Source: an uncultured Pelosinus sp. | GTDB lineage: Bacteria; Bacillota; Negativicutes; Sporomusales; Acetonemataceae | Assembly: GCA_900542835.1 (NCBI GenBank) | Contig: UQPB01000011.1 | Span: forward strand, 3,668 to 67,667 | Direction of reading: 5' to 3' | DNA length: 64,000 nt | In this document: in pieces, positions 39,478 to 47,778 of the stretch | How the letters are laid out: each line of letters opens with the position of its first letter | Numbering within the stretch: the first letter of the stretch is position 1 | Notes under the pieces: generated by a model | Told to the model about the DNA's origin: nothing | Databases searched by the model: none | What the model saw: only the letters and a program-made list of their open reading frames with translations | Program-made: the position numbers and the translations under genes

Positions 39478-40449
39478 ATGGATATAGATCGCGAGTTAGC
39501 CATGGAGTTTGTCCGGGTAACCGAGGCAGCCGCTATTGCCTGCGGCCGCTGGATGGGAAAAGGCGATAAAATTGCTGCTGATCAGGCTGCCGTTGACGCG
39601 ATGCGGAGCATGTTCGATACTGTCAATATCAGTGGTACTGTCGTTATCGGCGAGGGGGAAATGGACGAGGCCCCTATGCTGTATATCGGTGAGCAGGTCG
39701 GAGCCGGCGGCCTCGAGGTTGATATCGCTGTTGACCCGCTTGAGGGTACTAATCTGGTGGCCAAAGGGCTGCCGGGTGCTATCGCGGTGCTGGCGATTGC
39801 CCCCAAGGGCGGCTTGCTGCACGCTCCCGACATGTATATGGATAAAATTGCCGTTGGACCGAAAGCGGCCGGAAAAGTTCATATCGACGCTCCGGTTAAA
39901 GACAATCTGAAAGCGGTGGCATCCGCGCTCGACCGCCGGGTTGAGGATCTGACCGTCGTTATTCTCGACCGTCCGCGGCACGCGGGAATCATTCAGGAAG
40001 TCCGCGACGCCGGCGCCCGCATTAAACTGATCTCAGATGGTGATGTGTCGCCGGCGATCAATGTCGGCATTGAGGGAACCGGCATTCATATGATGCTGGG
40101 CGTGGGTGGCGCCCCGGAAGGCGTTATTGCCGCCGCTGCGCTGAAGTGCCTGGGCGGCGATATGCAGGGTAAGTTATGGCCGGAAAACGACGCCGATACG
40201 GCACGGGCCCAAAAGATGGGGATTCATGATATTAATAAGGTTCTGACGATTAATGATTTGGTCAGCGGCCAGGACGTCATCTTTGCGGCCACTGCCATCA
40301 CCCAGGGGGATTTGTTGAACCCGCTGCGCTATTTTGGCGGCGGCGTCCGCAGTCACTCGATTGTCATGCGCCACAGTTCAGGAACCGTGCGATTTATCGA
40401 CGCTATTCATACCTATGACCGCACGCCGCTGTTTATTAAGCGGGCCTAG
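39478..40449 (+). CDS. glpX: Fructose-1,6-bisphosphatase class II
   Basis: 323 aa; GlpX family motifs (VIGEGEMDEAPMLYIGE, DPLEGT). Confidence 0.9.
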   Translation: MDIDRELAMEFVRVTEAAAIACGRWMGKGDKIAADQAAVDAMRSMFDTVNISGTVVIGEGEMDEAPMLYIGEQVGAGGLEVDIAVDPLEGTNLVAKGLPGAIAVLAIAPKGGLLHAPDMYMDKIAVGPKAAGKVHIDAPVKDNLKAVASALDRRVEDLTVVILDRPRHAGIIQEVRDAGARIKLISDGDVSPAINVGIEGTGIHMMLGVGGAPEGVIAAAALKCLGGDMQGKLWPENDADTARAQKMGIHDINKVLTINDLVSGQDVIFAATAITQGDLLNPLRYFGGGVRSHSIVMRHSSGTVRFIDAIHTYDRTPLFIKRA

Positions 40450-40612
40450 GTAAGTGCTGATTAAATGAACCCGTCAGATTGACGAGAGATTTTTTCGACT
40501 GGCAAGGAAGAAGCCAGACCGCAGGAATAGCAACGCTCTTGCAAGGACTGGCTGACGCCGCCAGGCGGAAAAAGATCCGTCAAGCTGCGTTGCGTAAATT
40601 AATCAGTGCTTA
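40450..40612 (+). repeat. MITE-like structured element, family L, copy 1 (between glpX and the small membrane-protein/fin genes)
   Basis: See family L description; flanked by CTAGG on both sides; followed by a GC hairpin (40665-40706). Confidence 0.75.
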
Positions 40613-40773
40613 ACTAGGTATACAGATTTCTAGCACCACGAAAAGAATTCGATACGCAAGCATCCACAGCCCCGGAGTCTGCCACAGCAGCCGTCCGGGG
40701 CTGTGGCGCGTTTAAACGTATAGGTTACGGCTGAAACGGCAATAATCAGGTAAAAAGCCGGGAGGAAGACGGT

Positions 40774-41163
40774 TTGGCATACGTAATTGCCTGTCTGGCA
40801 GCAGCGGGAGCTTTTCTGCTCAACCGATTGCTGCTGGAGCGGCTGGGCGCGAAGGTCATCGTTACCGTTAGTCCGTTGGTGGAGGAGACGCTGAAAACAC
40901 TGCCTGCGTTTTATGCCGCCGCCGATATCCTATCCTGTCATCTTGGATTTGGCGTAATTGAGGCTGTTTATGACTGGCGGCAAAGCCGGAATAACGCCGC
41001 TGCGGCCGCGCTCATGAGCGTGGCCGGCCATGGATTGTTTGGCCTGGTTACGCTGGTGTGCGCCGGACCGGCGGGAATTTATGTCGGTCTGGCGGCAGGC
41101 ATGATTGCCCATCTGCTGTGGAATACGATTCTGCTGCGATGGACTGCCGGCAAGGTAGAATAA
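40774..41163 (+). CDS. Small integral membrane protein (possible minimal CPBP/CAAX-protease-like fold)
   Basis: 129 aa, 4 TM; EExxxK, H and AHLLWN (HxxxN) residues reminiscent of CPBP motifs; TTG start with RBS gggaggaag. Confidence 0.4.
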   Translation: MAYVIACLAAAGAFLLNRLLLERLGAKVIVTVSPLVEETLKTLPAFYAAADILSCHLGFGVIEAVYDWRQSRNNAAAAALMSVAGHGLFGLVTLVCAGPAGIYVGLAAGMIAHLLWNTILLRWTAGKVE

Positions 41164-41173
41164 GGAGGATGAC

Positions 41174-41413
41174 ATGCGGCTGATTTATATTTGCTCGCAA
41201 TGCGGCGCTGAGTTTGAACGCCTCTATGTCCGCGAGCTTGACGAATCGGCATTCGGTTTTGACAGCCTGGACGCGGAGCAGCGGCGGCAGCTGCTGCATT
41301 TTGACCCGCAGCAGAACAGTCTGACTGTGCAGTCTCTGTGTGACCGTTGTGTCGAGGAACTGGGCTTGGAAGAAGAAAAAGAAGCGCCGGCGGCGCGGCA
41401 TTGGCTGCACTGA
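41174..41413 (+). CDS. fin: Anti-sigma-F factor Fin (YabK-like zinc-binding protein)
   Basis: 79 aa; CxxC near N-terminus (YICSQCG) and CxxC near the C-terminal part (LCDRC); position immediately upstream of mfd, as yabK/fin in Bacillus. Confidence 0.6.
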   Translation: MRLIYICSQCGAEFERLYVRELDESAFGFDSLDAEQRRQLLHFDPQQNSLTVQSLCDRCVEELGLEEEKEAPAARHWLH

Positions 41414-41477
41414 CCCAGCGCCTGCCAACACGGAGGCAGCGGCCGGAGTTTGCTGCTTTTACCACGTCTGGGAAAAG

Positions 41478-41626
41478 AAGCGGAGACGGTTCCACTGAGG
41501 ACCCGGAGGAACTCCGGAGGGCACAGCGGGAAAACAAGCGTTTTCCGTAATTCTCTGTGACCTCTGCGAACCTCGGTGTCCTCTGTGGAAAAGTTCTCCC
41601 TTTTCCTTCGTGGAAGGGTCCTCCAC
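41478..41626 (+). repeat. Family P copy between fin and mfd
   Basis: CCACTGAGGACCCGGAGGAACTCCGGAGGGCACAGCGG - loop - CTCTGTGACCTCTGCGAACCTCGGTGTCCTCTGTGG. Confidence 0.7.
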
Positions 41627-41756
41627 TAAATCAGTATTGCCGTCACGGGTATTTCATGGTATTGTTAGGAATAGACTATAACAGCAATAGATGATGATGA
41701 GCCGCCGCCAATCGCTTGGCGGTCATTTCTGCTTGCCTGAAAATACTGAGGTGTAT

Positions 41757-44700
41757 ATGTGCTACTTAGTTGATTATCTTGCTCAGGACCATGCCTTTGC
41801 CAGGGCCGCAGCCGCTTACGAAACGGCATGTTCGCAAACGCTGGTTTACGGTTTGAGCGGTTCACCCAAAAGCGCGCTGCTGGCTTGCGGTTTTAACCGC
41901 AAGCCGCGCGCTACTTTGTTGATTGCCGGTTCGCAGGAAACGCTGGAGCAATACCGGCTGGATTTGGCGACGCTGCTGCCCCAGACAACCGTTCTGGAAC
42001 TGCCGGCAACCGATATTGTCACGTTTGCCGCCGATGCCAAAAGTCAGGAGATCGCGGCGCGGCGGATGCGGGTTCTAAGCCTGATTGCTTCCGGCGATCC
42101 GGTTATTGTGTTGACAACCGGTGAAGCGTTGATGCAGAAGCTGATCCCGCTGGCCGATTTTTTAAACAACCGGCTGCTTTTGGCTGACCAGGGTCTGCTG
42201 GATCGCGACAGGCTGCTGACCACACTGGTCAGTTTTGGCTATGAACGCACTGATGAGGTAAACGCCGCCGGTCAATTTGCCGCCCGCGGCGGTATTATTG
42301 ATATTTTTCCCTTAAACCGTGACTGGCCGGTGCGCCTGGAGCTGTTCGGCGATGAGGTCGATTCGCTGCGGGAGTTTGACCCGCAAAGCCAGCGCTCGAT
42401 CGCGGCGTTGACCGGAGTGGAAATCCTGCCGGTCATTGAGCCGGAGCCGAGCGGCGTACTGACTACGCTGTTTTCGTATCTGCCGCAGCCGTCGGCAGTT
42501 TTATTCGATGAGCCGGCCAGGATCCGTGAGCAGTTGTCGAGGCTGCAGCGCGAAAATCCGGCGATTAAACGGCAGGTCTGGGACTGGCAGCGGCTGGTTG
42601 GCGATGCCCGCAAGCATAATGTGCTGTATTTATCGCTCATGGTACAGAAATTGCCTCACATTGAACCGGCTGAAGTTATCAGCTTTATGATGCGCAGTGT
42701 AGCCCCTTATCACCGTCAGTTGGACCTCCTTACAGAGGATTTGCGGGAATGGCGGGAAAAAGGCGTCAGCGTAACCGTTTTTCTGTCTTCAGCCGATAAG
42801 GCTGCTGCTTTTCGGCAGTCTCTGGGTGAAGAGGAGCTAACCGCATCGGTTGATGCCGCCAAGCCGGCGCCGGGATCTATTCTGCTTGTGACCGGCAGCA
42901 TCAGCGGCGGCTTTGAACTGCCGCAGGCGAAGGCGGTCTGGCTGGCGGAAAAGGATATTTTTGGCCGCCAAAAACAAAAGCGCCGCATGCGCGTCGCCAA
43001 AGACAGACAGATTCAATATTTTCGCGATATTCGTGTGGGCGATTATGTCGTACACGTTAATCATGGCATCGGCAGATATGTCGGTGTAGAAACACTGGTT
43101 GTGGACGGTGTTCATAAGGATTACCTGTTCATCCGCTATGCCGGGGAAGATAAGCTTTACTTGCCGACCGATCAGGTGCATCTGCTGCAAAAATATATTG
43201 GTTCTGAAGGTGAAGCGCCCCGCTTGAGCAAGATGGGCGGCAGCGACTGGCTGAAAGCCAAGAGCAGAGCCAAGGCGGCGGTCGCTGATATTGCCAGAGA
43301 GCTTTTAGCTTTATACGCCGAGCGGCAGCTGGCCGCGGGCTTTGCTTTTCAGCCGGATACGCCATGGCAGGCAGAGTTTGAGGATGCGTTTGCCTTTGAG
43401 GAGACGCCGGACCAATTGACGGCCCTGACGGAAGTCAAGGCCGATATGGAAAAGGCACAGCCAATGGACCGGCTGTTGTGCGGCGATGTCGGCTTCGGCA
43501 AGACCGAAGTCGCAATCAGAGCTGCGTTTAAAGCCGTTGTCGGCGGTAAGCAGGTGGCGGTGCTTGTGCCTACTACCGTGCTGGCACAGCAGCATTTTCA
43601 GACCTTCAGCGCCCGCTTTGCCGGCTTCGGGCCGGTTGTAGACGTAATCAGCCGTTTCCGCAGCGTTAAACAGCAAAAGGCGACGATTGCCAAGCTGGCT
43701 GCCGGCCGGGTTGACATTCTGATCGGCACCCACCGTATTTTACAGTCAGATGTGACGTTTAAGGATTTGGGGCTGCTGATTGTTGATGAGGAGCAGCGGT
43801 TCGGCGTTTCACAGAAAGAACAGTTGAAGCGCTGGCGGGCCAATGTCGATGTGCTGACACTGACAGCCACGCCGATTCCCCGTACGCTGCATATGTCCTT
43901 GTCCGGCGCCCGGGATATGAGCATCATCGAGACACCGCCAGAGGACCGCTTCCCGGTGCAAACCTATGTGCTTGAGTACGAGGAATCGGTTATTCGTGAG
44001 GCTTTGCGCCGTGAATTGAAACGGGGCGGCCAGGCATACTTTGTCTATAACCGGGTACAGACAATTGATAAAATGCACGAACAATTGAGCCAGATGCTGC
44101 CGGATGCGCGTATTCGCACTGCGCACGGGCAAATGCCAGAGGAACTGCTGGAACAGGTTATGTTCGATTTCTATGAAGGCGAATTTGACATTCTTTTGTG
44201 TACCAGTATTATTGAAAATGGTCTTGATGTTGCCAATGCCAATACGATTATTGTTTATGACGCCGACTATTTCGGTTTGTCGCAGCTGTATCAGATGCGC
44301 GGCCGCGTTGGCCGCTCCCACCGCACGGCTTTTGCCTACTTCAGCTACCGCCGCGATAAGGTTCTGACCGAGGTGGCGGAAAAGCGGCTGCAGGCGATTA
44401 AAGAGTTTGCCGAGCTGGGGGCTGGCTTCAAAATTGCCATGCGCGATCTTGAAATCCGCGGCGCCGGCAATTTGCTGGGGGCGCAGCAGCACGGGCATAT
44501 TGCCAGCGTCGGTTTTGAACTGTACTGCCGGCTGCTGGAAGAAACGGTACAGGAATTGAAGGGAGGCGGCCCGCTAGCCGAAAAGCCGCCTGATCCGGTT
44601 CTGGAACTGAACGCTGAGGCCTATCTGAGCGGCGAATATATTGCCGATCCCATGCATAAAATGGAAATATATCAGCGCATTGCCGCTGTACGTACGCAGG

Positions 44701-45059
44701 AACAGGTTGCCGATCTTGTTGATGAACTGGTAGACCGTTTCGGCGATATGCCGCAGCCGGTGCTGAACCTGCTGTCGGTAGCCAGAATTAAAAATTGGGC
44801 CCGTTTTTGCGGCGTCCGTTCATTGATTGAACGCAGAGACAGTGTGGAAATCCAATTTACGGCCAAGCCTAATGTTAACCCAGACGCAATTATGGAGCTG
44901 AAAGCCGCTTATCCCGGGCGAATTAATCTCTTGCCAGGACCGCCGCCCGCTATCCGCTTGAAGACGCTAAAACTGAATCTGCCGGTGCTTGCCTGGCTGG
45001 AAAAACTACTGGCGGCAATGGGCAATTCGCGCCAGGAAATGGTTGAATCGATTCCATAA
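41757..45059 (+). CDS. mfd: Transcription-repair coupling factor
   Basis: UvrB-homology N-domains, RNAP-interacting domain, superfamily-2 helicase motifs (GDVGFGKTEVA, DEEQRFG), TRG motif; RBS gaggtg. Confidence 0.95.
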   Translation: MCYLVDYLAQDHAFARAAAAYETACSQTLVYGLSGSPKSALLACGFNRKPRATLLIAGSQETLEQYRLDLATLLPQTTVLELPATDIVTFAADAKSQEIAARRMRVLSLIASGDPVIVLTTGEALMQKLIPLADFLNNRLLLADQGLLDRDRLLTTLVSFGYERTDEVNAAGQFAARGGIIDIFPLNRDWPVRLELFGDEVDSLREFDPQSQRSIAALTGVEILPVIEPEPSGVLTTLFSYLPQPSAVLFDEPARIREQLSRLQRENPAIKRQVWDWQRLVGDARKHNVLYLSLMVQKLPHIEPAEVISFMMRSVAPYHRQLDLLTEDLREWREKGVSVTVFLSSADKAAAFRQSLGEEELTASVDAAKPAPGSILLVTGSISGGFELPQAKAVWLAEKDIFGRQKQKRRMRVAKDRQIQYFRDIRVGDYVVHVNHGIGRYVGVETLVVDGVHKDYLFIRYAGEDKLYLPTDQVHLLQKYIGSEGEAPRLSKMGGSDWLKAKSRAKAAVADIARELLALYAERQLAAGFAFQPDTPWQAEFEDAFAFEETPDQLTALTEVKADMEKAQPMDRLLCGDVGFGKTEVAIRAAFKAVVGGKQVAVLVPTTVLAQQHFQTFSARFAGFGPVVDVISRFRSVKQQKATIAKLAAGRVDILIGTHRILQSDVTFKDLGLLIVDEEQRFGVSQKEQLKRWRANVDVLTLTATPIPRTLHMSLSGARDMSIIETPPEDRFPVQTYVLEYEESVIREALRRELKRGGQAYFVYNRVQTIDKMHEQLSQMLPDARIRTAHGQMPEELLEQVMFDFYEGEFDILLCTSIIENGLDVANANTIIVYDADYFGLSQLYQMRGRVGRSHRTAFAYFSYRRDKVLTEVAEKRLQAIKEFAELGAGFKIAMRDLEIRGAGNLLGAQQHGHIASVGFELYCRLLEETVQELKGGGPLAEKPPDPVLELNAEAYLSGEYIADPMHKMEIYQRIAAVRTQEQVADLVDELVDRFGDMPQPVLNLLSVARIKNWARFCGVRSLIERRDSVEIQFTAKPNVNPDAIMELKAAYPGRINLLPGPPPAIRLKTLKLNLPVLAWLEKLLAAMGNSRQEMVESIP

Positions 45060-45064
45060 GCCAA

Positions 45065-45095
45065 TGAATAAAACCCTCCGCAGGGATATATACTA
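45065..45095 (+). promoter_or_regulatory. Sigma-G-type forespore promoter for spoVT (TGAATA-N18-TATACTA)
   Basis: Matches -35 GnATA / -10 CATnnTA-type sigma-G consensus; spoVT is sigma-G-dependent in Bacillus. Confidence 0.5.
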
Positions 45096-45132
45096 TCACT
45101 GAACAGCTGTAAAAAACTGTAGAAAAGGGGGG

Positions 45133-45708
45133 ATGCTGGTGAAAGCGACTGGAATTGTGAGAAGAATCGATGATTTAGGCAGAGTAGTGATTCCGAAAGA
45201 GATTAGGCGCACCCTGCGGATCCGCGAAGGCGATCCTTTGGAAATATATGTGGATCGCGAAGGTGAGGTCATTCTCAAGAAGTATTCGCCTGTAGGAGAA
45301 TTGGGCGATTTCGCCAAAGAGTACGCAGATTCCTTGTTTGAAGCCGTCGGTCATATTATCCTGATTGCTGACCGAGACAATATAGTCGCCGTCGCTGGTG
45401 CGTCTAAAAAGGAATTTCTCAACAAGCCGATTGGACAATTGGTCGAGAAGGTGATGGAAGACCGTAAGGCAATTTTGATCAACAATCCTGGCGAACGCAA
45501 AAATGCCAAGAACGGTTCGATTATTGACACTGATGACGATGAGCCCTGCAAGTTTACGGCTGAGGTTTTGGCGCCGATCATCGTTGAGGGAGACGCTATT
45601 GGCGCGGTTATTATTTGTTCCCGTGAGTCCAATGTGCAAATGGCCGAAATGGAACAGAAACTTGCTGAAACCGCGGCCGGTTTCCTGGCGAAACAAATGG
45701 CTCAATAA
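45133..45708 (+). CDS. spoVT: Stage V sporulation protein T (AbrB-N domain + GAF)
   Basis: KATGIVRRIDDLGRVVIPKEIRRTLRIREGDPLEI almost identical to Bacillus SpoVT swapped-hairpin domain; sigma-G promoter upstream; GTG 45139 is an alternative start. Confidence 0.9.
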   Translation: MLVKATGIVRRIDDLGRVVIPKEIRRTLRIREGDPLEIYVDREGEVILKKYSPVGELGDFAKEYADSLFEAVGHIILIADRDNIVAVAGASKKEFLNKPIGQLVEKVMEDRKAILINNPGERKNAKNGSIIDTDDDEPCKFTAEVLAPIIVEGDAIGAVIICSRESNVQMAEMEQKLAETAAGFLAKQMAQ

Positions 45709-45735
45709 ATGCTGATGAAATGATGTAACAGGAAG

Positions 45736-45768
45736 AAGTAGCGGACCTCACGTTCGCTACTTTTCTAT
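45736..45768 (+). terminator. Terminator after spoVT (AAGTAGCG-N11-CGCTACTT + TTCT)
   Basis: Read directly. Confidence 0.65.
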
Positions 45769-45811
45769 TGCCGCGACGGACACGCCCTGCCGCCTGTTCG
45801 CGGCCGGAGAG

Positions 45812-46003
45812 GGAACGGGAGGAGGCGATTCCACGGAGACGGGCGAGGCAGCGAGCTGCCGCCATGAGGGCGGAAAAGGCAAAGCGAAAAAGAACGATTC
45901 CACGAAGGACACGGAGGATACACGGAGGCCACAGAAGGAGAACGGAATTCTTAGATAAAGCAAAACCTCGGCGGCCCTCCGTGTCTCGTGCCTGGGCTCC
46001 CTG
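45812..46003 (+). repeat. Family P copy (1.3 units) between spoVT and the yabM-like gene
   Basis: GATTCCACGAAGGACACGGAGGATACACGGAGGCCACAGAAGG - loop - CCTCGGCGGCCCTCCGTGTCTCGTGCC plus an upstream fragment GAGGAGGCGATTCCACGGAGACGGG. Confidence 0.7.
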
Positions 46004-46058
46004 CTCCTGCCGCTTGACGGCGGTTCTCCGGCCGGACTGGACCGGCAGGGGGAAAAGG

Positions 46059-46088
46059 TTGGAAACGCTGTTGGGATTCTGCTATAAT
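46059..46088 (+). promoter_or_regulatory. Sigma-A promoter for yabM-like gene (TTGGAA-N18-TATAAT)
   Basis: Read directly. Confidence 0.5.
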
Positions 46089-46164
46089 AATAACGATCAG
46101 TTGAATGCGGCGGTACCGTTCGCTTGCAACGCTACCGGCCGGCTCAGGCGACTGTAAGGAGAGG

Positions 46165-47775
46165 ATGACTCGATTGAGCAGGGATACATTTTTAAAGGGA
46201 GCGCTGATCCTGACTGCGGCCGGTGTCATCGTCAAAATCATCGGCTCGGTGAGCCGGATTTTGTTGTCGCGTCTCTTGGGCGGTGAAGGCATCGGCCTTT
46301 ACCAGATGGCCTATCCGATTTATCTGCTGGCGCTCAGCATTTCATCAGCGGGGATTCCGATTGCGATCTCGATTATTGTCGCTGAAAAGATTGCCTTACG
46401 TGACTATCGCGGTGCCAATCGGGTATTCCGGATTTCACTGGCATTGCTTACGGCCACCGGCATTGGCTTCACCCTGCTGCTGTATAACGGCGCTTCCTGG
46501 CTGATCGATCACCAGTTTGTCCGCGATCCCCGCGCTTATTACGCAATTGCCTCTCTGGCGCCGGCAATATTTTTCGTTACGGTTCTGTCCAGTTTTCGCG
46601 GTTATTTTCAGGGGATGCAGATGATGACGCCGACCGCAGTCTCGCAGATTGCCGAACAGCTTTTCCGGGTGGCGACCATGATTTTATTCGCCTATTTGCT
46701 ACTGCCGCGGGGGCTGGAATTTGCCGCGGCCGGGGCCAGCTTCGGCGCCGGTCCGGGGGCAGTGGCGGCGCTGCTGGTGCTGATTGCTTTTTATTGGCGC
46801 TACCGTCCGCGACTGAAAGGCCAGATTGCCTGTCAACCGGCCATCAGACAGGAATCAAGCTTAAGTATTATCCGGCGCATGGTTATTCTCGCCCTGCCGG
46901 TTTCGCTCTCAAATATTATGATACCGGTGGTTTCGAACATTGATTTGTTCATTGTCCCGGCCAGACTGGAGGCGGCGGGCTATACGGTTGAGCAGGCGAC
47001 AGAGCTGTTTGGCTATCTGACCGGTATGGCTGTGCCGCTAGTCAATATGGCGACAATTTTAACCTCTTCCCTGGCGGCCAGCCTGGTGCCGGCAGTTTCC
47101 GAGGCTCATACGCTGGGTGACCGGCAAACGATATACCAGCGTACCTCGACGGCGATGCGGATTGCCAATCTGATCACCATCCCCAGCTTCGCCGGCTTAT
47201 GTCTGCTGTCCACACCGATTTCGCAGATGCTCTACGGCACGCCGAACGCCGGACCTTCCATTGCCGTCATGTCTATGGGCATATTCCTGCTGGGCGTGCA
47301 CCAGGTGACCACCGGCGTATTACAGGGGCTGGGGCACACCGCGATTCCTGTCGTCAATATGATAATATCGGCGGTGGTAAAAACGGTGCTAAGCTGGGTG
47401 CTGACCGCAATGCCGGCAATGGGGATTATGGGGGCGGCCTGGGCGACCAACGCTGATTTTGGTGTTGCCGCCGCATTGAATGTGTATTTTGTCTACCGTT
47501 ATGTCGGCTTTGGCGTCGGCGTCAGGGATTTATTGAAAATTGGCGCCGCAACCGCGGCCATGGGCGGAGCGGTGCTGCTCGTCTATGATCTGGTTATGGT
47601 GCAGTTTCTTTATAACACCGCGGCGACACTGGCGGCAATTCTCGCCGGCGGCGCCGTCTATGGAATCGTGCTGCTCCTGCTAGGCGGCATCAGCGCTCGC
47701 GATGTCGAGCGGGTACCGAAACTGGGGGGCATGCTGGCAAAAATCATCCGGATATTAGGATTGTCGAGGCGATAA
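46165..47775 (+). CDS. MOP-superfamily (MurJ/Wzx-like) flippase, YabM / SpoVB-like
   Basis: 536 aa, 14 TM; synteny mfd-spoVT-yabM-yabN as in Bacillus; sigma-A promoter TTGGAA-N18-TATAAT upstream. Confidence 0.75.
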   Translation: MTRLSRDTFLKGALILTAAGVIVKIIGSVSRILLSRLLGGEGIGLYQMAYPIYLLALSISSAGIPIAISIIVAEKIALRDYRGANRVFRISLALLTATGIGFTLLLYNGASWLIDHQFVRDPRAYYAIASLAPAIFFVTVLSSFRGYFQGMQMMTPTAVSQIAEQLFRVATMILFAYLLLPRGLEFAAAGASFGAGPGAVAALLVLIAFYWRYRPRLKGQIACQPAIRQESSLSIIRRMVILALPVSLSNIMIPVVSNIDLFIVPARLEAAGYTVEQATELFGYLTGMAVPLVNMATILTSSLAASLVPAVSEAHTLGDRQTIYQRTSTAMRIANLITIPSFAGLCLLSTPISQMLYGTPNAGPSIAVMSMGIFLLGVHQVTTGVLQGLGHTAIPVVNMIISAVVKTVLSWVLTAMPAMGIMGAAWATNADFGVAAALNVYFVYRYVGFGVGVRDLLKIGAATAAMGGAVLLVYDLVMVQFLYNTAATLAAILAGGAVYGIVLLLLGGISARDVERVPKLGGMLAKIIRILGLSRR

Positions 47776-47778
47776 GAA

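Noticed and set aside
40450-40612. Family-L element as a known riboswitch, SRP RNA or 6S RNA
   Set aside because: The sequence was compared by eye with consensus features of SAM-I, TPP, glmS, ZTP, c-di-GMP-I/II, ydaO, T-box, SRP domain IV (GGAAGGAAGCAGC) and 6S architecture. No convincing match was found, and the variable 3' hairpin is not conserved as those families require.
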